From NCBI RefSeq assembly GCF_003018235.1, contig NZ_CP027437.1: a stretch of DNA of 64,000 nucleotides, one strand, 5' to 3'. Shown piece by piece: positions 59,719 through 64,000 of this stretch. A model generated the notes under the pieces. That model searched no databases, was not told the origin of the DNA, and worked only from the letters and a program-made list of their open reading frames with translations. The stretch's first letter is position 1, and every line of letters starts with the position of its first letter. The DNA comes from Escherichia coli (GTDB lineage Bacteria > Pseudomonadota > Gammaproteobacteria > Enterobacterales > Enterobacteriaceae). The position numbers and the translations under genes are program-made.

Positions 59719-60942
59719 TCAATGCGCATGGGTAGCACTTTCAGAGCGCATCCGCTCCAGTGCGCCAGAAATATTGGCTTCGGAATCAATCAGGAACAAG
59801 CCGCTGGACACCACCTTTTCACCTTCCGCCAGACCAGAGCGTAACGCGGTGACGCCTTGCGATGCCTGGAAAACGGCAACGCGTTTCGGTACAAAGCGCC
59901 CGTCGGCATCAACGGTAATCACCCGCTGTTCGTTGCCGGTATCAATCAGCGCCTGTGACGGAATGAGCAGCATCGGTTCGCTGGCGGTGTTGAGTTGCAA
60001 CCAGGCGTTCATGCCCGGTTTTAGCGCCTCGTCGGCGTTGTCGACTTCCAGACGCAGTTGCAGCGTGCGGGTCGCGGCATCCACGCCGGGTAGCAGGGTC
60101 CATTTGCGAATGGTGAGTGTTTTATCAGGTCGCGCCGGAACGGTGAGCGTAAACTGCGAGGCATCTTTCACCAGCCAGGCGATGGACTCCGGGATCGCGG
60201 CAGTGATCCACACCGGGTCCATACCCTGAATTTTCGCTACCACATTATCTTTGGCGATATTCATTCCCGCGCGCAGATCAAACGCGGTGATCACGCCATC
60301 AATGGGCGCTTTGAGCGTAAAGCGAGTCTGGATTTTTTGCGTAGCGATCAGGCGGCGAATATCCGCCTCCGGCATTCCCGCCAGTCGCAGCCGCTCAAGA
60401 ATGCCTTCAGTCTGGGTCGCCGTACCGCCGGTTTCGCGCAGCAGTAAATACTCACTCTGCGCTTCCACCCAGTCGGGAATGGTCAGGTCGAGAAGCGGTG
60501 TGCCCTTTTGCACTTTATCGCCCACGGTAAGCGGATACACCTTGTCGATAAACCCGGCAGCGCGAGCCTGCACAATGGCATACTGATACTCGTTGTAACT
60601 GACATTCGCCGGGAAACTCTGGGCAAAAGTCAGCGGCCCGCGCGTGACGGTAGCCGTTTTCACCCCCAGATTCTGCGTCTGGGTCGGGTCAATGCGTACA
60701 CCAGACGCAGAACTCTCTTCATCGGCATATTTCGGCACCAGATCCATATCCATAAACGGCGATTTACCTGGTTTATCGAACCGCGTATTGGGATACATCG
60801 GGTCGTACCAGAATAAGATTTTACGTTCTGCGGTCGGCGTTTTTTCTGCGGGCGGTTCAGCCTTTGCAAACCAGGTAAAACCTGCCGCAGAAATAATACC
60901 GCCCGCGATCATGCTGCCGATAATAAGCGCGATTTTTTTCAT
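59719..60942 (-). CDS. cusB: Cu/Ag efflux membrane fusion protein CusB
   Basis: 407-aa ORF, matches CusB. Confidence 0.95.
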   Translation of the reverse strand: MKKIALIIGSMIAGGIISAAGFTWFAKAEPPAEKTPTAERKILFWYDPMYPNTRFDKPGKSPFMDMDLVPKYADEESSASGVRIDPTQTQNLGVKTATVTRGPLTFAQSFPANVSYNEYQYAIVQARAAGFIDKVYPLTVGDKVQKGTPLLDLTIPDWVEAQSEYLLLRETGGTATQTEGILERLRLAGMPEADIRRLIATQKIQTRFTLKAPIDGVITAFDLRAGMNIAKDNVVAKIQGMDPVWITAAIPESIAWLVKDASQFTLTVPARPDKTLTIRKWTLLPGVDAATRTLQLRLEVDNADEALKPGMNAWLQLNTASEPMLLIPSQALIDTGNEQRVITVDADGRFVPKRVAVFQASQGVTALRSGLAEGEKVVSSGLFLIDSEANISGALERMRSESATHAH

Positions 60943-60957
60943 CTCATTAAACCTGGG

Positions 60958-61290
60958 TTACTGGCTGACTTTAATATCCTGTAATAAAGAAAGGTTGCCC
61001 TGCTGGACAAAATTAAACGCCACTTTGTCGCCGGTTTTAATTTCACTCATTTTCGTCTGCGGGGTTATAGTAAAGCGCATGGTCATCTCCGGCCATTTCA
61101 CGGCAGCAATCGGATCGTGATGGATGGTGATTTTTTTGCTTTCCAGATCAATACCTTTTACCACGCCAGTGGCGCTAATAACCTGCGGTTGTACTTCGCT
61201 CATGGTTTCATGATGATGTTCGTTAGCCTGGGTATTAAAGCCAATAACGGTAAACAGACTGAACATTGCGACTTGCAGTGCTTTTTTCAT
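60958..61290 (-). CDS. cusF: Periplasmic copper/silver chaperone CusF
   Basis: 110-aa ORF with signal peptide and Met/His-rich metal site. Confidence 0.93.
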   Translation of the reverse strand: MKKALQVAMFSLFTVIGFNTQANEHHHETMSEVQPQVISATGVVKGIDLESKKITIHHDPIAAVKWPEMTMRFTITPQTKMSEIKTGDKVAFNFVQQGNLSLLQDIKVSQ

Positions 61291-61313
61291 TTATTCTCTC
61301 CTGGAGTTAAAAA

Positions 61314-62696
61314 TTATTGCTGCCAACCGCCACCAAGTGCGGTATATAAAGAAATTTCGTTCACCTGACGGGCATAATTCAGGTCAAGTAAAGTTTGTCG
61401 GGTTGCAAATAAAGAACGTTCGGCATCCAGCACTTCCAGATAACTTACTGCGCCGTGCTGATATAATGCCCGCGCCCGTTGCAGAGTAATTTGTAGCGAC
61501 GCCAGATAACGCTGCTGGGCGCTAATTTGATCGTTCAGGCTTTGACGTAATGCCAGCGCATCTGCCACTTCTTTAAAGGCGTTCTGGATTTTCTGTTCAT
61601 AATTCACCACCGACTGCTGCTGGCGAATTTCGGCGATATCCAGATTGGCCTGGTTACGTCCGGCATTAAAAATGGGGATCTCAATTTTGGGTATAAAATT
61701 CCACATCCCGCTGCTGGCGTTAAATAATGACGACAGATCGCTGCTGGCGGTTGATATTCCGCTGGTCAGGCTGATAGACGGGAAAAATGCCGCGCGTGCA
61801 GCACCAATATTGGCATTAGCCGCTATTAACGCATGTTCAGCTTCCATAATATCCGGGCGCTGCAATAAGATTTGCGACGACAAGCCCGCCGGTAATTTAA
61901 CGCTTTGCAGGCTGTCGCTGTTTACTGTCTGCGCTTGCGGCAGCTTGCCGTAGCTTCCCAATAACAGTTGCAATGCATTATTCGCCTGCGCCAGTTCCCC
62001 CTGACGTTTAGCGATGTCGCCGCGGGTACTTTCAATCACCCCGCGAGCCTGTTCCAGCGCCAGAACATTGCTGCTACCGGTCAACAGTTGTTTTTCGACA
62101 AACGCATATGACTGCTGATAATTACGCAGCGTTTCTTCGGCGATTTGCAATTGCGCATACGCCAGCTGCTGATTGAAATAGCTTTGCGCGACATTAGAAA
62201 CCAGCAGAATATGCACCGCGCGCTGGGCTTCCTCAGTGGCTAAATAATTTTGGCGCTCGGCTTCGCTCATGTTCTTTAAGCGACCGAAAAAATCGAGATC
62301 AAAGCTGGCGTTAAGGCCAGTCGAGAACTCCCGCGTCGTGGCTGAATCGCCTTTAAGATTGCCGCTCCAGCTGCCGCTGCCCTTGCCATTGAGCTGTGGG
62401 TAGCGGTCGGCATCGGTCAGACGATATTGCGCCCGCGCTTCCTGCACTTTCAGCGTCGCCATGCGCAAATCCCGGTTATTCACCAGCGCCTCGCTAATCA
62501 GCGTCTTCACCTGATTATCAACAAAAAAGGTGCGCCAGCCCGCGTTCTGGTAGTTATCTGCTGCGTTAACCAGGCCGTTCTGGTTGAGTGAGAACTGCGG
62601 CGGCACGGGCATTGCCGGGCGCTGATAAACCGGTGCTAGTGAACAACCGGTTAGCGCAAGGGCCACACAAAATGGCAGAAGTTTACAAGAAAACAT
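61314..62696 (-). CDS. cusC: Cu/Ag efflux outer-membrane factor CusC
   Basis: 460-aa ORF with lipoprotein signal (LTGCS), TolC-like. Confidence 0.94.
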   Translation of the reverse strand: MFSCKLLPFCVALALTGCSLAPVYQRPAMPVPPQFSLNQNGLVNAADNYQNAGWRTFFVDNQVKTLISEALVNNRDLRMATLKVQEARAQYRLTDADRYPQLNGKGSGSWSGNLKGDSATTREFSTGLNASFDLDFFGRLKNMSEAERQNYLATEEAQRAVHILLVSNVAQSYFNQQLAYAQLQIAEETLRNYQQSYAFVEKQLLTGSSNVLALEQARGVIESTRGDIAKRQGELAQANNALQLLLGSYGKLPQAQTVNSDSLQSVKLPAGLSSQILLQRPDIMEAEHALIAANANIGAARAAFFPSISLTSGISTASSDLSSLFNASSGMWNFIPKIEIPIFNAGRNQANLDIAEIRQQQSVVNYEQKIQNAFKEVADALALRQSLNDQISAQQRYLASLQITLQRARALYQHGAVSYLEVLDAERSLFATRQTLLDLNYARQVNEISLYTALGGGWQQ

Positions 62697-62756
62697 AGGC
62701 TCATAATTTCTGGTGATTTTATGCCGCCAACTTTACTCGCCAGGCTCTGATTTTCC

Positions 62757-62778
62757 GGTGACAGGAAAATGACAAAAT
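62757..62778. promoter_or_regulatory. CusR box in the divergent cusC/cusR promoter
   Basis: Perfect palindrome aaaatgacaaaattgtcatttt. Confidence 0.7.
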
Positions 62779-62852
62779 TGTCATTTTGCCAATAAGCGAT
62801 TGCCATCTGATCCCGCTACTCTAGAATTGCCCGGGCAACATGCGGAGGAAAT

Positions 62853-63536
62853 ATGAAACTGTTGATTGTCGAAGATGAAAAGAAAACCGGAGAATACTTG
62901 ACCAAAGGGTTAACCGAAGCCGGTTTTGTGGTCGATTTGGCCGACAACGGGCTGAATGGCTACCATCTGGCGATGACCGGTGATTATGACCTGATAATCC
63001 TCGATATTATGCTGCCAGACGTGAACGGCTGGGATATCGTGCGTATGTTGCGTTCCGCCAATAAAGGGATGCCGATTCTGTTGCTTACCGCGCTTGGCAC
63101 CATTGAACATCGCGTCAAGGGGCTGGAGTTGGGGGCAGATGACTACCTGGTGAAGCCATTCGCTTTTGCTGAACTGCTGGCACGGGTGCGCACATTACTG
63201 CGGCGCGGGGCGGCGGTGATTATCGAAAGTCAGTTTCAGGTTGCCGATTTGATGGTCGATCTCGTCAGCCGCAAAGTCACCCGCAGCGGTACGCGCATCA
63301 CTCTGACCAGTAAAGAGTTTACACTGCTGGAGTTTTTCCTTCGCCATCAGGGCGAAGTGCTGCCCCGCTCGCTTATCGCCTCGCAGGTGTGGGACATGAA
63401 TTTCGACAGCGACACTAACGCCATTGATGTGGCGGTGAAGCGGCTGCGTGGCAAAATCGACAACGACTTTGAGCCGAAGCTGATTCAAACCGTGCGCGGC
63501 GTGGGCTATATGCTTGAGGTGCCGGATGGTCAGTAA
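62853..63536 (+). CDS. cusR: Copper-responsive response regulator CusR (OmpR family)
   Basis: 227-aa [19 protein letters not shown]..., receiver plus winged-helix. Confidence 0.95.
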
Positions 63537-64000
63537 GCCATTTCAGCGCCCGTTTTCGCTGGCAACCCGCCTGACCTTTTTTATCAGCCTGGCCACCATC
63601 GCGGCGTTTTTCGCCTTTGCCTGGATCATGATTCACTCGGTAAAAGTGCATTTTGCTGAGCAGGATATTAATGATTTAAAAGAGATTAGCGCCACACTCA
63701 AGCGCGTTCTTAATCATCCCGAAGAGACACAAGCCCGACGCTTAATGACGCTGGAAGATATCGTCAGTGGTTATTCCAATGTGTTGATTTCCCTGGCAGA
63801 TAGCCAGGGTAAAACGGTGTATCACTCCCCCGGTGCGCCGGATATCCGCGAGTTTACGCGTGACGCCATACCCGATAAAGACACGCGGGGCGGCGAGGTG
63901 TATCTCCTTTCCGGCCCGACGATTATGATGCCGGGCCACGGTCACGGGCATATGGAACACAGCAACTGGCGGATGATTAACTTGCCGGTTGGCCCGTTGG
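63526..64000 (+). CDS. cusS: Copper sensor histidine kinase CusS, 3'-truncated by the window edge
   Basis: ATG at 63526 overlapping the cusR stop; open frame [22 protein letters not shown]... to the window end. Confidence 0.9.

Overview
This window is an Escherichia coli-type core chromosomal segment, read in reverse orientation relative to the K-12 reference map. It runs from lipA through the citrate-fermentation locus (dpiBA, citCDEFXG, citT), rna/rnk, uspG, ahpCF, dsbG and the ybd genes, then the complete enterobactin biosynthesis and transport cluster (entH-A-B-E-C, fepB, entS, fepDGC, fepE, entF, ybdZ, fes, fepA, entD), ybdK-J-F, nfsB, ybdG, pheP and the copper/silver efflux locus (cusCFBA, cusRS, cusS truncated by the window edge). 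About 60 protein-coding genes are called from the supplied translations plus gene order recalled from memory; no database search was run. Many ORF-track entries are N-terminally over-extended and were trimmed to the start codon matching the known protein. No IS element, prophage, tRNA, rRNA or CRISPR array was found. Four departures from the reference layout deserve attention: (1) a tandem triplication of a hok/mok/sok type I toxin-antitoxin unit where K-12 has a single hokE plus IS186; (2) cstA split into two frames by an internal lesion; (3) no ybdR between rnk and uspG, with a 29-codon hydrophobic ORF in the gap; (4) the AT-rich ybdO gene followed by the overlapping ybdN/ybdM pair (PP-loop PAPS-reductase-like plus ParB/DGQHR-like), a Dnd/Ibr-like two-gene module of unknown function. 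Regulatory-site coordinates are approximate.
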